Shown here one piece after another: positions 42,281 through 53,553 of a stretch of 64,000 bases of DNA; the first letter of the stretch is position 1, and each line of letters begins with the position of its first letter. Location of the stretch: assembly GCF_054482525.1 (NCBI RefSeq), contig NZ_CM137006.1, one strand, 5' to 3'. The notes under the pieces were generated by a model, which did not search any database, was not told where the DNA came from, and saw only the letters and a list, made by a program, of their open reading frames with translations. Both the position numbers and the translations under genes were made by a program.

Positions 42281-42311
42281 AAAATGCCAGCCCGATCGGC
42301 TGGCATTTTTA
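42281..42311. terminator. bidirectional rho-independent terminator between convergent cspD and macB
   Basis: Stem gccagcc / ggctggc with loop cgatc, flanked by A-run and T-run. Confidence 0.6.
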
Positions 42312-42320
42312 TCTCAAAAA

Positions 42321-44267
42321 TTACTCTCGTGCCAGAGCATCTACTGGATCCAGTCGTGCCGCATTTCGTGCGGGTAACCAGCCAAATAAAATCCCGGTGA
42401 CCGTCGAGCAGAGAAACGCCAGCAGCAGCGCCAACGGTGAAAAACCAATCTCCCAGCCGGGTAAGAAAAGCTGCAAGGTGAAAGCAATTAACAGTGACAG
42501 TGTTATTCCCAACGCGCCACCGACCAGGCAAACCAGTACGGCTTCGATCAGAAACTGTTGCAAAACATCGCTTGCTCGCGCACCTACAGCCATGCGAATG
42601 CCAATTTCCCGCGTCCGCTCGGTCACTGACACCAGCATAATATTCATTACACCAATACCGCCCACCACCAGTGAAATCACCGCCACCAGCGTCAGAAACA
42701 GTTGTAAAGTACGTGTGGTCTTTTCAACGGTTTTCAAGACGCCGTCCATGTTCCAGGTAAAGAAATCCTTCTTACCGTGGCGCAGTAAAAGTAAACGCGT
42801 GAGTTGCTGTTCCGCCTCAGCGCTGTCAAATCCTTCTTTCACCCTGACAGTAATGGAGTTCAGCCACGACTGGCCCATAACTCGCCCGGACATCGTGCTG
42901 TAAGGTAGCCAGACACGCAGCACTTTACTGCTACCAAACATCGACTGTTTTTCTTCCGCCACACCAATGACTCTGGCGGGCATATTGCCGACCAGAATCA
43001 CCTCGCCAACCACATCTGCTTTATGGGGGAAAAGCTGGCGGCGAGTATTACTGTCGAGAACCACGACCTGCGCACGACCGTTCAGCTGCTCCTGATTAAA
43101 GGTGTTCCCTTCACTGAAGGTCATGCCATAGACATTAAAATAATCGCCGCTCACGCCATTGGCACTGGCAGCCACATCAACATTGTTATAACGCAGGCGC
43201 AGGTTTTGCGAGACGGCAGGTGTGGCTGAGGCGACCCACGGTTGTTTTTGGATGGCGATTAAGTCGTCGTACTTCAGCGCCTGCTGATATTGCGGATCGT
43301 CATCGCCAAAATCTTTCCCGGGATAGACATCAATAGTATTCGTACCAATAGAACGAATATCCGCCAGCACCATTTGTTTGGCGGCGTCGCCCACCACGAC
43401 AATGGAAACCACCGACGCAATACCGATAATAATCCCCAGCATGGTCAGTAAAGTACGCATTTTATTCGCTGCCAGCGCCCGCCATGCCATCGTCAGCGCC
43501 TCGTTAAAACCGCTGACAAACTGCCGCCAGCCAGAGGCCGTGTTGACAACAGGTTCCGTCCCGCCAGTAGCATTCACTTTTTCAACGGCGGGAGGATTGC
43601 GCACAATTTCGCCGTCGCGAATTTCGATCACCCGCTCGGCCTGAGCAGCGACCTGCGGATCGTGGGTAACGATAATCACCGTATGCCCGCGATCGCGCAG
43701 CTGATGCAGGATCGCCATCACCTCTTCGCCAGAATGGCTGTCCAGTGCGCCGGTCGGTTCATCGGCAAGAATTACCTGACCGCCGTTCATCAATGCCCGC
43801 GCGATGCTGACGCGCTGTTGCTGACCACCCGAAAGCTGTGCCGGATAATACTCTGTACGGTCTTCCAGCCCCAGTCGTTGCAGCAACTCCTGGGCGCGAA
43901 GCAGCCGCTGTTTCCGCTCAAGACCAGCATAGACGGCGGGTACTTCAACGTTCTGCTCGGCGGTTAAATGCGAAAGCAAATGGTAACGCTGGAAAATAAA
44001 GCCGAAATGCTCGCGGCGTAGTTGCGCCAGCGCATCGGCGTCCAGCGTGGCAACATCCTGACCGGCGACGCGATAGGTGCCGCTGGTGGCCTTATCCAGG
44101 CAGCCGAGAATATTCATCAGGGTCGATTTACCGGAACCCGAAGCGCCGACAATCGCCACCATCTCACCAGCATAAATATCGAGGGTGATGCCCTTCAGCA
44201 CCTCAACCTGCTCATCACCGGCAGGATAGCTGCGACGAATATCCTTTAATTCGAGCAAGGGCGTCAT
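42321..44267 (-). CDS. macB: macrolide export ABC transporter ATP-binding/permease MacB
   Basis: 648-aa ORF; N-terminal ABC ATPase ([29 protein letters not shown]) plus C-terminal FtsX-like permease. Confidence 0.9.
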   Translation of the reverse strand: MTPLLELKDIRRSYPAGDEQVEVLKGITLDIYAGEMVAIVGASGSGKSTLMNILGCLDKATSGTYRVAGQDVATLDADALAQLRREHFGFIFQRYHLLSHLTAEQNVEVPAVYAGLERKQRLLRAQELLQRLGLEDRTEYYPAQLSGGQQQRVSIARALMNGGQVILADEPTGALDSHSGEEVMAILHQLRDRGHTVIIVTHDPQVAAQAERVIEIRDGEIVRNPPAVEKVNATGGTEPVVNTASGWRQFVSGFNEALTMAWRALAANKMRTLLTMLGIIIGIASVVSIVVVGDAAKQMVLADIRSIGTNTIDVYPGKDFGDDDPQYQQALKYDDLIAIQKQPWVASATPAVSQNLRLRYNNVDVAASANGVSGDYFNVYGMTFSEGNTFNQEQLNGRAQVVVLDSNTRRQLFPHKADVVGEVILVGNMPARVIGVAEEKQSMFGSSKVLRVWLPYSTMSGRVMGQSWLNSITVRVKEGFDSAEAEQQLTRLLLLRHGKKDFFTWNMDGVLKTVEKTTRTLQLFLTLVAVISLVVGGIGVMNIMLVSVTERTREIGIRMAVGARASDVLQQFLIEAVLVCLVGGALGITLSLLIAFTLQLFLPGWEIGFSPLALLLAFLCSTVTGILFGWLPARNAARLDPVDALARE

Positions 44268-45379
44268 TGTGCAGCTCCTGGTTTGGCCTCACCAATCACC
44301 ACTTCATCGCCCGCTTCCAGCCCTTTGACAATCTCAACATCGGTATCGTTACGTGCGCCAATCGTCACTTCACGCTCGCGTGTTTCACCATTACGCAACA
44401 ATTTGACTTTATAACGATTATCGCCAACCGGATCGCCTAACGCCGACAGAGGGATCGTCAGCACATTTTTCACATCGGTGAGCTGAATATGCACTTGCGC
44501 GGTCATATCCAGCCGCAGCAAACCATTGGGGTTGGGTACTTCAAAACGGGCGTAATAGAAAATAGCGTCGTTAACCTTTTCCGGCGTCGGTAGCACATCC
44601 TTGATTTGCCCCTCATAGCGCGTCAGTGGATCGCCAAGCACCGTAAACCAGGCTTTTTGCCCCGGCTTCAGGTGGATTACATCCGCTTCAGAAACCTGCG
44701 CTTTTACCAGCATGGTGCTCATATCTGCCAGCGTCAGAATGTTCGGTGCTTGTTGTGCGGCAATCACCGTCTGGCCTTGCAGAGTGGTTATTTGCGTGAC
44801 TTCCCCGGCCATCGGGGCAACGATGCGGGTGTAATCGAGATTGGTTTTAGCCGTATCGAGAGAGGCCTGATTGCGCTTGATTTGCGCGTCAATGGTGCCA
44901 ATTTGCGCCTGTTTCACAGCCATCTCCGTCGCGGCGGTATCGAGATCCTGCTGTGAAACCGCCTGCGTTTGTGCAAGACGTTGCTGACGGGAATACGTCA
45001 CCCGCGCCAGTTTCAGCTCCGCTTCCGCCTGCTGCCGCTGCGCGCGTAGCTCCATCAGAGTTGCTTCCACCTCCTTGATCTGGTTTTCAGCCTGTTCAGG
45101 ATCAATAACCCCTAAAAGCTGGTCTTTTTTTACTTTATCGCCAATCGCCACCGACAGCGTTTTCAACTGACCGCTGACCTGCGCGCCCACATCAACCTTA
45201 CGCAGCGCGTCCAGCTTTCCGGTCGCCAGCACGCTTTGCTGTAAATCACCGGGGCGCACAATCAGCGTCTGATAAGTCGGCACGGGTGCGTTAAGAATTC
45301 TCCATAACGTAATCAGCCCGGCGATGACTATCACCAGCGCAATAACGTAACGCTTCTTCACGGTTTTCCGCTTTTTCAT
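44264..45379 (-). CDS. macA: macrolide export membrane fusion protein MacA
   Basis: ORF 44264..45406; likely start [15 protein letters not shown]...; HlyD-family periplasmic adaptor; 4-bp overlap with macB. Confidence 0.9.
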   Translation of the reverse strand: MKKRKTVKKRYVIALVIVIAGLITLWRILNAPVPTYQTLIVRPGDLQQSVLATGKLDALRKVDVGAQVSGQLKTLSVAIGDKVKKDQLLGVIDPEQAENQIKEVEATLMELRAQRQQAEAELKLARVTYSRQQRLAQTQAVSQQDLDTAATEMAVKQAQIGTIDAQIKRNQASLDTAKTNLDYTRIVAPMAGEVTQITTLQGQTVIAAQQAPNILTLADMSTMLVKAQVSEADVIHLKPGQKAWFTVLGDPLTRYEGQIKDVLPTPEKVNDAIFYYARFEVPNPNGLLRLDMTAQVHIQLTDVKNVLTIPLSALGDPVGDNRYKVKLLRNGETREREVTIGARNDTDVEIVKGLEAGDEVVIGEAKPGAAQ

Positions 45380-45493
45380 AAATATTCTGAATACTCCATA
45401 TGCCAATCCGGGTCATTAACTTCAACGAAATATCAACAAAACCCTAAAATTTACGTTAGTAATCACACTATTGATGTTTGGTTAAGATACGCA

Positions 45494-46486
45494 ATGGTGA
45501 AATCGACGTCATGTATAACCATTGATTTCATGAATATGTCGCAGCTAACTGAACGGACCTTTACGCCATCTGAATCTCTCAGCAGCCTGTCACTTTTTCT
45601 TAGTCTGGCACGTGGACAGTGTCGGCCGGGTAAATTCTGGCATCGCCGTAGTTTTCGCCAGAAATTTTTGCTGCGCTCGTTGATTATGCCGCGTTTAAGC
45701 GTTGAGTGGATGAACGAACTTTCCCACTGGCCTAATCTCAATGTGTTGTTAACGCGCCAGCCGCGACTGCCTGTGCGTCTGCATCGCCCTTACCTTGCGG
45801 CGAATCTTAGCCGTAAGCAATTGCTGGAGGCGTTACGTTACCATTATGCGTTACTCCGCGGGTGTATGTCGGCGGAAGAATTCAGCTTATATTTGAATAC
45901 CCCCGGGCTGCAACTCGCGAAGCTGGAAGGCAAAAACGGCGAGCAGTTCACACTTGAGCTGACCATGATGATCTCAATGGATAAAGAAGGTGACAGCACA
46001 ATCCTGTTCCGCAACAGCGAAGGTATTCCTCTGGCAGAGATCACGTTTACCCTGTGTGAATATCAGGGGAAAAGAACAATGTTTATTGGCGGACTGCAAG
46101 GCGCAAAATGGGAAATTCCACATCAGGAAATCCAGAATGCGACGAAAGCCTGCCACGGGCTATTTCCCAAACGCCTTGTGATGGAAGCGGCCTGTCTGTT
46201 TGCCCAACGTTTGCAGGTAGAGCAGATTATTGCCGTCAGCAATGAAACGCATATTTACCGCAGCCTGCGTTATCGTGATAAAGAAGGCAAGATCCATGCC
46301 GATTACAACGCGTTCTGGGAGTCGGTTGGCGGCGTATGTGATGCTGAACGCCATTACCGCCTTCCGGCACAGATAGCACGAAAAGAGATTGCCGAAATCG
46401 CCAGTAAAAAACGGGCTGAATACCGTCGGCGCTATGAGATGCTCGACGCTATTCAGCCACAAATGGCCACGATGTTTCGCGGTTAA
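45494..46486 (+). CDS. ybjX: VirK/YbjX-family protein (DUF535)
   Basis: 330-aa ORF; recognised as YbjX by sequence recollection; start may be the downstream MNMSQL... ATG. Confidence 0.8.
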   Translation: MVKSTSCITIDFMNMSQLTERTFTPSESLSSLSLFLSLARGQCRPGKFWHRRSFRQKFLLRSLIMPRLSVEWMNELSHWPNLNVLLTRQPRLPVRLHRPYLAANLSRKQLLEALRYHYALLRGCMSAEEFSLYLNTPGLQLAKLEGKNGEQFTLELTMMISMDKEGDSTILFRNSEGIPLAEITFTLCEYQGKRTMFIGGLQGAKWEIPHQEIQNATKACHGLFPKRLVMEAACLFAQRLQVEQIIAVSNETHIYRSLRYRDKEGKIHADYNAFWESVGGVCDAERHYRLPAQIARKEIAEIASKKRAEYRRRYEMLDAIQPQMATMFRG

Positions 46487-48141
46487 TCCGCGCGACCGCG
46501 CGCCAGCCACAGCACGCGTGAGAACATTTTTTTCAGCAGCGTCGGTACGGAGTCCACACCACGACGTCCGGCCTCCATTGCCACTTCAATGGCAAGATCG
46601 GGTTTGGAAGAGCGATGGATCGCTTTCGAGATAATTTTGCGCAGATTCATCGGTACATTTTCCGGGATTTGCGCCACGCGGTGGAACACATCGGAAAATC
46701 CCTGGCGATACATAAAATGTTCCATATCCAGCGCCGGTAACGCCGTTAAATGTTCTCGTTCGGCTTCCCGATCATTATTCAACAGGCTGCGTACCGTAGC
46801 GGCATATTTCTTCCCTGCTTCATCGCCATCGACCAGTACATGCCATTCAATCCCCATTCGCCGGGCAAATTTAACCAGTGGCTTTAGCCCGGACTGGGCA
46901 AACTCAATGACCTTGATCCCTTCGGCATCAAAATGATGTCCGCACTGACGCGCCAGTTCATTGATAACCCAGGTTTCCGTTTCCCCTTCCACCAGCAGCC
47001 AACAACGGGCAAACAGCGATGACGGACGGTTAAAACGAATGTGAAAGGATATGCGTCGGCTATCTTCGGTACTCAAGCCACTCGGTCCCAGACGCCAGGC
47101 GGCAACGCGAGAGGACTCACGTACCAGTCGGCAAACATGCTCTACCGGCGTTAACGAAAGCAACTCTCCCGAGTTGGTAGTAGCGATGCGCTGCAATGGC
47201 AGAAGGTTCAACAGATGCCAGGCAACTGAAAGCATAATGGGGTGTAAACGGGTTTCTGGATCTTCAATCAGCAATAATGGACGGGCGTCTTTATCCAGTC
47301 GCAATGTGCCTTTTGCCTGCAACAAAGTAGCAAACAGGCCGAGCAAAATAACCCGATACGAGCGCCCACCAGGTCGGTCAATCATCCGGTTGATGATATC
47401 CAGATAGCGCCAGCTTCGTTGCTCATTGCTGGCTCGCCGCCGCATTAAACGATATCGCGCCTGTCCGGCCCCCTGCTCAGAGAAATAATGCTCAAGCAGC
47501 TGTACCATTGCGGAAAGTCCCTGACGAATCTGTCCATCAGAGAGATTTTGCGGATGTGAGGACAACTCACGGGCGAGGAAATCGAGCTGGCGCGCGGTGA
47601 CTTCCACATTAGGGACATTTGGCACCGTGCCGTTACGAATACGGCGCATAAAACGGGCATCACGCAAGCGCAGCACCGGCATTAAACGCACCAGATGGCG
47701 TGCCTGATCGTTAATATCCTCGACATCAATCGGATGTCCGTCTTTATCGAGAAAACTGCGCAGTGTCATCACGCTGCCGTCTTCCGCACTCTCCCCTTCC
47801 AGACGATAAAAAATACGGTGATAGCCATCGGTGCATGGCGTCCAGCACGCTTCCAGCGGCCGATAGCGGCGTACCCGATGTCGGCCTGGCAGCGATTCGC
47901 GGAAGGTCAAAATAATATGCAGATGATGTTCTCGCCCGTTGATATCTCCCGGCGGGAACCAGAAATCGTCGCGCTCAAAATGGTAGAGATCTGATTCTGG
48001 CGATAGCAGCAGGGTTAAGGCGTCCAGCAAGCTGGATTTACCCCACGCGTTCTCCCCAATCAGGACGTTGTTTTGTTCCAGCATCAACGACAAACGGTTG
48101 ATACCGCGAAAACCCACAATTTCAACGCGCTCAAGAATCAT
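46483..48141 (-). CDS. ybjD: OLD-family AAA ATPase / TOPRIM nuclease-like protein YbjD
   Basis: 552-aa ORF MILERVEIVGFRGINRLSLMLEQNNVLIGENAWGKSSLLDAL... (N-terminal ATPase, C-terminal TOPRIM-like). Confidence 0.85.
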   Translation of the reverse strand: MILERVEIVGFRGINRLSLMLEQNNVLIGENAWGKSSLLDALTLLLSPESDLYHFERDDFWFPPGDINGREHHLHIILTFRESLPGRHRVRRYRPLEACWTPCTDGYHRIFYRLEGESAEDGSVMTLRSFLDKDGHPIDVEDINDQARHLVRLMPVLRLRDARFMRRIRNGTVPNVPNVEVTARQLDFLARELSSHPQNLSDGQIRQGLSAMVQLLEHYFSEQGAGQARYRLMRRRASNEQRSWRYLDIINRMIDRPGGRSYRVILLGLFATLLQAKGTLRLDKDARPLLLIEDPETRLHPIMLSVAWHLLNLLPLQRIATTNSGELLSLTPVEHVCRLVRESSRVAAWRLGPSGLSTEDSRRISFHIRFNRPSSLFARCWLLVEGETETWVINELARQCGHHFDAEGIKVIEFAQSGLKPLVKFARRMGIEWHVLVDGDEAGKKYAATVRSLLNNDREAEREHLTALPALDMEHFMYRQGFSDVFHRVAQIPENVPMNLRKIISKAIHRSSKPDLAIEVAMEAGRRGVDSVPTLLKKMFSRVLWLARGRAD

Positions 48142-48566
48142 ATCCCCTCCAGAAATATGTGACTTATCCTTTACGCTGGCAGTATAACGGGAAAGGCCAT
48201 GCTAATACGTGATGACATCACATTTAAGCATGGCAAATGTCTGAAAAATGAGCGAATAATCGCGTTATACTCCCTCTTGCTGATAAGCCTGCAAAAACAA
48301 CAAAATCAAATAATTAGCATGATAAATTATTTTTTATTACGCCTAAAGGATTAAATCTTTTGCTTGCACTACACTGTCAATCAGACAAATGACTATATGG
48401 GGCAACCCGCTGTTGCCCTAAATCAAATTTACTGGATTTATTTATCTGGTGAATGACTCGCCTTCGTTTTTAAAATAGCCGCGCATTATTTCCGTCGTCA
48501 CTTTTTTACGACGACCCTATAAAACGACCATATTTTTCACAGGGTCAATTTTTAATTGAGGTGGAT

Positions 48567-49262
48567 ATGTTCAGAAAATTAGCAGCTGAATGTTTTGGTA
48601 CTTTCTGGCTTGTTTTTGGTGGCTGTGGTAGTGCCGTACTGGCCGCAGGCTTCCCGGAATTAGGCATTGGTTTTGCCGGCGTGGCGTTGGCGTTCGGTCT
48701 GACCGTTCTGACGATGGCCTTTGCTGTTGGTCACATTTCTGGTGGTCATTTTAACCCGGCGGTCACTATTGGTTTATGGGCTGGCGGACGTTTCCCGGCA
48801 AAAGAAGTCGTTGGCTACGTAATTGCCCAGGTTGTCGGCGGTATTGTTGCGGCGGCGCTGCTGTATTTAATTGCCAGTGGTAAAACGGGTTTTGACGCGG
48901 CAGCCAGCGGTTTTGCTTCTAACGGTTATGGCGAGCATTCGCCAGGCGGTTATTCCATGCTTTCCGCGCTGGTAGTTGAACTGGTATTGAGTGCAGGTTT
49001 CCTGCTGGTGATCCACGGCGCAACCGACAAATTCGCTCCTGCTGGTTTTGCGCCGATCGCTATTGGTCTGGCCTTAACCCTGATTCACTTAATCAGTATT
49101 CCGGTGACTAACACTTCTGTTAACCCGGCGCGCAGCACCGCGGTTGCTATCTTCCAGGGCGGCTGGGCATTAGAACAACTATGGTTCTTCTGGGTGGTGC
49201 CAATTGTCGGCGGCATTATCGGTGGTCTGATTTACCGGACTCTACTGGAAAAACGTAATTAA
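48567..49262 (+). CDS. aqpZ: aquaporin Z
   Basis: [27 protein letters not shown]...; two NPA motifs (HFNPAV, VNPARS). Confidence 0.95.
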   Translation: MFRKLAAECFGTFWLVFGGCGSAVLAAGFPELGIGFAGVALAFGLTVLTMAFAVGHISGGHFNPAVTIGLWAGGRFPAKEVVGYVIAQVVGGIVAAALLYLIASGKTGFDAAASGFASNGYGEHSPGGYSMLSALVVELVLSAGFLLVIHGATDKFAPAGFAPIAIGLALTLIHLISIPVTNTSVNPARSTAVAIFQGGWALEQLWFFWVVPIVGGIIGGLIYRTLLEKRN

Positions 49263-49271
49263 TTAACGCAG

Positions 49272-49300
49272 AAGGCCTGGCGCAATGTCAGGCCTTTTTT
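49272..49300 (+). terminator. rho-independent terminator of aqpZ
   Basis: Stem ggcctg / caggcc with loop gcgcaatgt followed by TTTTTT. Confidence 0.65.
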
Positions 49301-49329
49301 AAATATATTGATTCATCTTCCTGTTGCGC

Positions 49330-49600
49330 TCCTTGATGTGTTAAGCCACATATAGTCACTGGCGCAGGGAGCGCGCAGGGGGCGGCCAATCGCCGCCGCC
49401 CCCTGCACCCCCGGGCTCTGGCGAACAAAATCGCCGCTGCGCGGTGCCCTCGACTTATCCCTTGCGGCTACCGGGTCGGGCGCGAGGTAACATCCCTGTA
49501 AAACGCGCCCTCAGCCCACATCCATGTGGGCTGCCCCGGCCTTCAGGGAACGCCTCGGCGATTTTGACGCCACCAACACCGGTGCGGTTTGTAATTAAAG
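49330..49600. repeat. GC-rich palindromic repeat cluster (REP/BIME-like) in the aqpZ-lysO intergenic region
   Basis: Imperfect palindromes such as gcccacatccatgtgggc and repeated gcgcaggg / ccctgcgc units; no coding potential. Confidence 0.45.
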
Positions 49601-49745
49601 CGCAAGAATATCTTTAAATGAAAATGAATACCCTACCGATCCTTATGCATAACATTTCCTTTTAATTGCAACTTTACTCGTCCTTCCGCTTTCAGTAGTG
49701 TGTCATCGCGCATTTCGACTTCATCTTTGCAAGGACTGGGTTTTC

Positions 49746-50645
49746 ATGTTTTCTGGGCTGTTAATCATTCTGGTTCCCCTGATTGTGGGTTACCTCATTC
49801 CGCTTCGCCAAAAAGCTGCATTAAAAGTTATTAATCAGCTCTTAAGCTGGATGGTTTACCTTATTCTCTTTTTTATGGGTATCAGTCTGGCGTTTCTCGA
49901 TAACCTCGCCAGTAACCTGTTGGCAATTCTGCATTATTCCGCCGTCAGCATTACCATTATTTTACTCTGCAATATTATTGCGTTGTTGTGGCTGGAGCGC
50001 GGTCTGCCGTGGCGCAACCACTACCAGCAAGAAAAACTCCCGTCGCGTATTGCGATGGCGCTGGAGTCGCTAAAACTGTGCGGCGTAGTAGTGATTGGTT
50101 TTGCCATTGGCCTGAGTGGACTGGCTTTCTTACAACATGCGACCGAAGCCAGTGAATACACCTTAATTCTGCTACTTTTCCTCGTCGGTATTCAGTTGCG
50201 CAATAATGGCATGACCTTAAAGCAGATTGTCCTTAATCGCCGGGGAATGATTGTCGCCGTGGTGGTGGTTGCCAGTTCATTAATTGGTGGTTTAATTAAC
50301 GCCTTTATTCTTGATCTTCCCATCAATACCGCGCTGGCAATGGCCTCTGGTTTCGGCTGGTATTCTCTTTCCGGTATTTTATTGACCGAATCTTTTGGTC
50401 CGGTAATCGGGAGCGCGGCATTTTTTAATGATCTGGCCCGTGAGCTGATTGCAATTATGTTGATCCCTGGGCTGATTCGCCGCAGCCGCTCTACCGCACT
50501 GGGCTTATGCGGTGCGACGTCGATGGATTTCACCCTGCCCGTTCTTCAACGTACTGGCGGGCTGGATATGGTCCCGGCGGCAATTGTTCACGGTTTTATT
50601 CTTAGCCTGTTAGTGCCGATCCTCATCGCCTTTTTCTCTGCGTAA
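49746..50645 (+). CDS. lysO: lysine exporter LysO (YbjE)
   Basis: ORF 49698..50645; start MFSGLLIILVPLIVGYLIPL...; polytopic membrane protein. Confidence 0.85.
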   Translation: MFSGLLIILVPLIVGYLIPLRQKAALKVINQLLSWMVYLILFFMGISLAFLDNLASNLLAILHYSAVSITIILLCNIIALLWLERGLPWRNHYQQEKLPSRIAMALESLKLCGVVVIGFAIGLSGLAFLQHATEASEYTLILLLFLVGIQLRNNGMTLKQIVLNRRGMIVAVVVVASSLIGGLINAFILDLPINTALAMASGFGWYSLSGILLTESFGPVIGSAAFFNDLARELIAIMLIPGLIRRSRSTALGLCGATSMDFTLPVLQRTGGLDMVPAAIVHGFILSLLVPILIAFFSA

Positions 50646-50788
50646 TACCTCTCTGGCGGTAGATCCCTGCCGCCAAAATTGCGCTAAATCAATCTCCCTT
50701 AAAGTTGCATGAAAAATCCCTTTTATCCCTGCGTTAAGCGTCTTAACCTTAAACATGTATATTAAATATAACTTTAAAAGGTGTGATC

Positions 50789-52441
50789 ATGTTTTGTGTG
50801 CAATGTGAACAAACTATCCGTACTCCGGCAGGAAACGGCTGCTCATACGCGCAGGGGATGTGTGGTAAAACGGCGGAAACCTCTGACCTTCAGGATTTAC
50901 TCATCGCGGCGCTGCAAGGGCTTTCGGCCTGGGCGGTAAAAGCGCGTGAATACGGCATCATCAACCACGATGTAGACAGCTTTGCGCCACGCGCATTTTT
51001 CTCAACCCTGACCAACGTTAACTTCGATTCTCCGCGTATTGTCGGCTACGCTCGTGAAGCAATTGCCCTGCGCGAGGCGCTGAAAGCACAATGCCTGGCT
51101 GTAGATGCCAACGCCCGCGTCGATAACCCGATGGCTGACCTGCAACTGGTGAGCGATGATCTCGGCGAGCTGCAACGTCAGGCAGCAGAATTTACCCCTA
51201 ACAAAGATAAAGCGGCGATTGGCGAAAACATTCTCGGCCTGCGTCTGCTGTGCCTGTATGGCCTGAAAGGTGCGGCGGCCTATATGGAACACGCACACGT
51301 TCTCGGTCAATACGACAACGATATTTACGCCCAGTACCATAAAATCATGGCGTGGCTGGGGACCTGGCCTGCCGATATGAACGCGCTTCTTGAGTGTTCA
51401 ATGGAAATCGGCCAGATGAACTTCAAAGTGATGAGCATTCTGGACGCAGGCGAAACCGGTAAATACGGTCACCCGACCCCAACCCAGGTCAACGTCAAAG
51501 CGACGGCAGGTAAATGCATTCTGATTTCCGGTCACGATCTCAAAGATCTCTACAACCTGCTGGAACAGACCGAAGGCACGGGCGTTAATGTCTACACCCA
51601 CGGTGAAATGCTGCCTGCGCATGGCTACCCGGAGCTGCGTAAATTCAAGCATCTGGTCGGTAACTACGGCAGCGGCTGGCAGAATCAGCAAGTGGAGTTC
51701 GCTCGTTTCCCTGGCCCCATCGTGATGACCTCGAACTGCATCATCGACCCAACCGTAGGCGCTTATGACGATCGTATCTGGACCCGCAGCATCGTTGGCT
51801 GGCCGGGTGTGCGTCATCTGGATGGCGAAGATTTCTCTGCGGTCATCGCCCAGGCGCAACAAATGGCGGGCTTCCCGTACAGCGAAATTCCGCACCTGAT
51901 CACCGTGGGCTTTGGTCGTCAAACGCTGCTTGGCGCAGCGGATACGCTGATTGATCTGGTAAGCCGTGAAAAACTGCGTCATATCTTCCTGCTTGGCGGC
52001 TGTGACGGCGCACGCGGCGAGCGTCACTACTTCACCGATTTCGCCACCAGCGTGCCGGATGACTGTCTGATCCTGACTCTCGCCTGTGGTAAATATCGCT
52101 TTAACAAACTCGAGTTTGGCGATATCGAAGGTCTGCCGCGTCTGGTAGATGCTGGTCAGTGTAACGATGCTTACTCAGCGATTATTCTGGCGGTAACGCT
52201 GGCAGAAAAACTGGGCTGCGGTGTCAACGATCTGCCGCTGTCGCTGGTGCTCTCGTGGTTTGAACAGAAAGCGATTGTCATTCTGCTGACACTGCTTTCT
52301 CTGGGTGTGAAAAATATCGTAACCGGCCCGACTGCACCTGGTTTCCTGACACCAGACCTGCTGGCGGTGCTGAACGAGAAATTCGGCCTGCGTTCTATCA
52401 CCACTGTTGAAGAAGACATGAAGCAACTGTTGAGCGCGTAA
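50789..52441 (+). CDS. hcp: hybrid-cluster protein (hydroxylamine reductase) Hcp
   Basis: [27 protein letters not shown]... N-terminal Cys cluster; 550 aa. Confidence 0.95.
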   Translation: MFCVQCEQTIRTPAGNGCSYAQGMCGKTAETSDLQDLLIAALQGLSAWAVKAREYGIINHDVDSFAPRAFFSTLTNVNFDSPRIVGYAREAIALREALKAQCLAVDANARVDNPMADLQLVSDDLGELQRQAAEFTPNKDKAAIGENILGLRLLCLYGLKGAAAYMEHAHVLGQYDNDIYAQYHKIMAWLGTWPADMNALLECSMEIGQMNFKVMSILDAGETGKYGHPTPTQVNVKATAGKCILISGHDLKDLYNLLEQTEGTGVNVYTHGEMLPAHGYPELRKFKHLVGNYGSGWQNQQVEFARFPGPIVMTSNCIIDPTVGAYDDRIWTRSIVGWPGVRHLDGEDFSAVIAQAQQMAGFPYSEIPHLITVGFGRQTLLGAADTLIDLVSREKLRHIFLLGGCDGARGERHYFTDFATSVPDDCLILTLACGKYRFNKLEFGDIEGLPRLVDAGQCNDAYSAIILAVTLAEKLGCGVNDLPLSLVLSWFEQKAIVILLTLLSLGVKNIVTGPTAPGFLTPDLLAVLNEKFGLRSITTVEEDMKQLLSA

Positions 52442-52452
52442 GGAGTTTGTCG

Positions 52453-53421
52453 ATGACGATGCCAACGAATCAATGCCCGTGGCGGATGCAGGTTCATCAC
52501 ATTACGCAAGAAACGCCGGATGTGTGGACGATTTCCCTGATTTGCCACGATTACTACCCATATCGCGCCGGGCAATATGCACTGGTCAGCGTGCGTAACT
52601 CAGCGGAAACGCTGCGTGCTTACACCATTTCCTCCACGCCAGGCGTGAGTGAATACATCACCCTGACTGTGCGGCGGATTGATGACGGTGTCGGCTCCCA
52701 GTGGCTGACGCGCGATGTAAAACGCGGTGATTATCTCTGGCTTTCGGACGCGATGGGGGAATTTACCTGCGACGATAAAGCAGAAGATAAATTCCTGTTG
52801 CTGGCGGCAGGCAGCGGCGTCACGCCGATTATGTCGATGCGTCGCTGGCTGGCGAAGAACCGTCCGCAGGCCGATGTGCAGGTGATCTACAACGTGCGTT
52901 CGCCGCAGGATGTTATTTTCGCCGATGAGTGGCGCAACTATCCGGTGACGCTGGTGGCAGAAAATAACGTTACCGAAGGCTTTATCGCTGGTCGTCTCAC
53001 TCGCGAACTGCTGGCAGGTGTCCCTGACTTAGCTTCACGTACCGTGATGACCTGCGGCCCGGCTCCGTATATGGATTGGGTAGAGCAGGAAGTGAAAACG
53101 CTCGGCGTGACGCGTTTCTTTAAAGAGAAATTCTTCACTCCAGTAGCGGAAGCGGCGACCAGCGGTCTGAAATTCACCAAACTGCAACCGGCACGAGAAT
53201 TTTACGCCCCGGTTGGCACCACGCTACTGGAGGCGCTGGAAAGCAATAACGTTCCGGTTGTCGCCGCCTGCCGTGCGGGTGTTTGCGGCTGCTGCAAGAC
53301 GAAAGTGATTTCCGGTGAATATACGGTGAGCAGCACAATGACGCTGACCGACGCCGAAATCGCTGAAGGTTACGTACTGGCCTGCTCCTGCCATCCACAG
53401 GGGGATTTGGTTCTCGCATAA
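52453..53421 (+). CDS. hcr: NADH oxidoreductase Hcr (FAD/NAD-binding plus 2Fe-2S ferredoxin domain)
   Basis: MTMPTNQCPWRMQVHH...; C-terminal CRAGVCGCCKTK 2Fe-2S motif; immediately downstream of hcp. Confidence 0.9.
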   Translation: MTMPTNQCPWRMQVHHITQETPDVWTISLICHDYYPYRAGQYALVSVRNSAETLRAYTISSTPGVSEYITLTVRRIDDGVGSQWLTRDVKRGDYLWLSDAMGEFTCDDKAEDKFLLLAAGSGVTPIMSMRRWLAKNRPQADVQVIYNVRSPQDVIFADEWRNYPVTLVAENNVTEGFIAGRLTRELLAGVPDLASRTVMTCGPAPYMDWVEQEVKTLGVTRFFKEKFFTPVAEAATSGLKFTKLQPAREFYAPVGTTLLEALESNNVPVVAACRAGVCGCCKTKVISGEYTVSSTMTLTDAEIAEGYVLACSCHPQGDLVLA

Positions 53422-53430
53422 TCGCCTTAT

Positions 53431-53461
53431 GCCCGATGATATTCCTTTCATCGGGCTATTT
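53431..53461 (+). terminator. putative terminator of the hcp-hcr operon
   Basis: Hairpin gcccgatga...tcatcgggc followed by a short T-rich tract. Confidence 0.45.
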
Positions 53462-53553
53462 AACCGTTAGTGCCTCCTTTTTCCCCCATCCCTTCCCCCT
53501 CCGTCAGATGAACTAAACTTGTTACCGTTATCACATTCAGGAGATGGAGAACC

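Noticed and set aside
51398-52027. 209-aa minus-strand ORF within hcp
   Set aside because: Antisense to hcp, which is unambiguous; no supporting signals.
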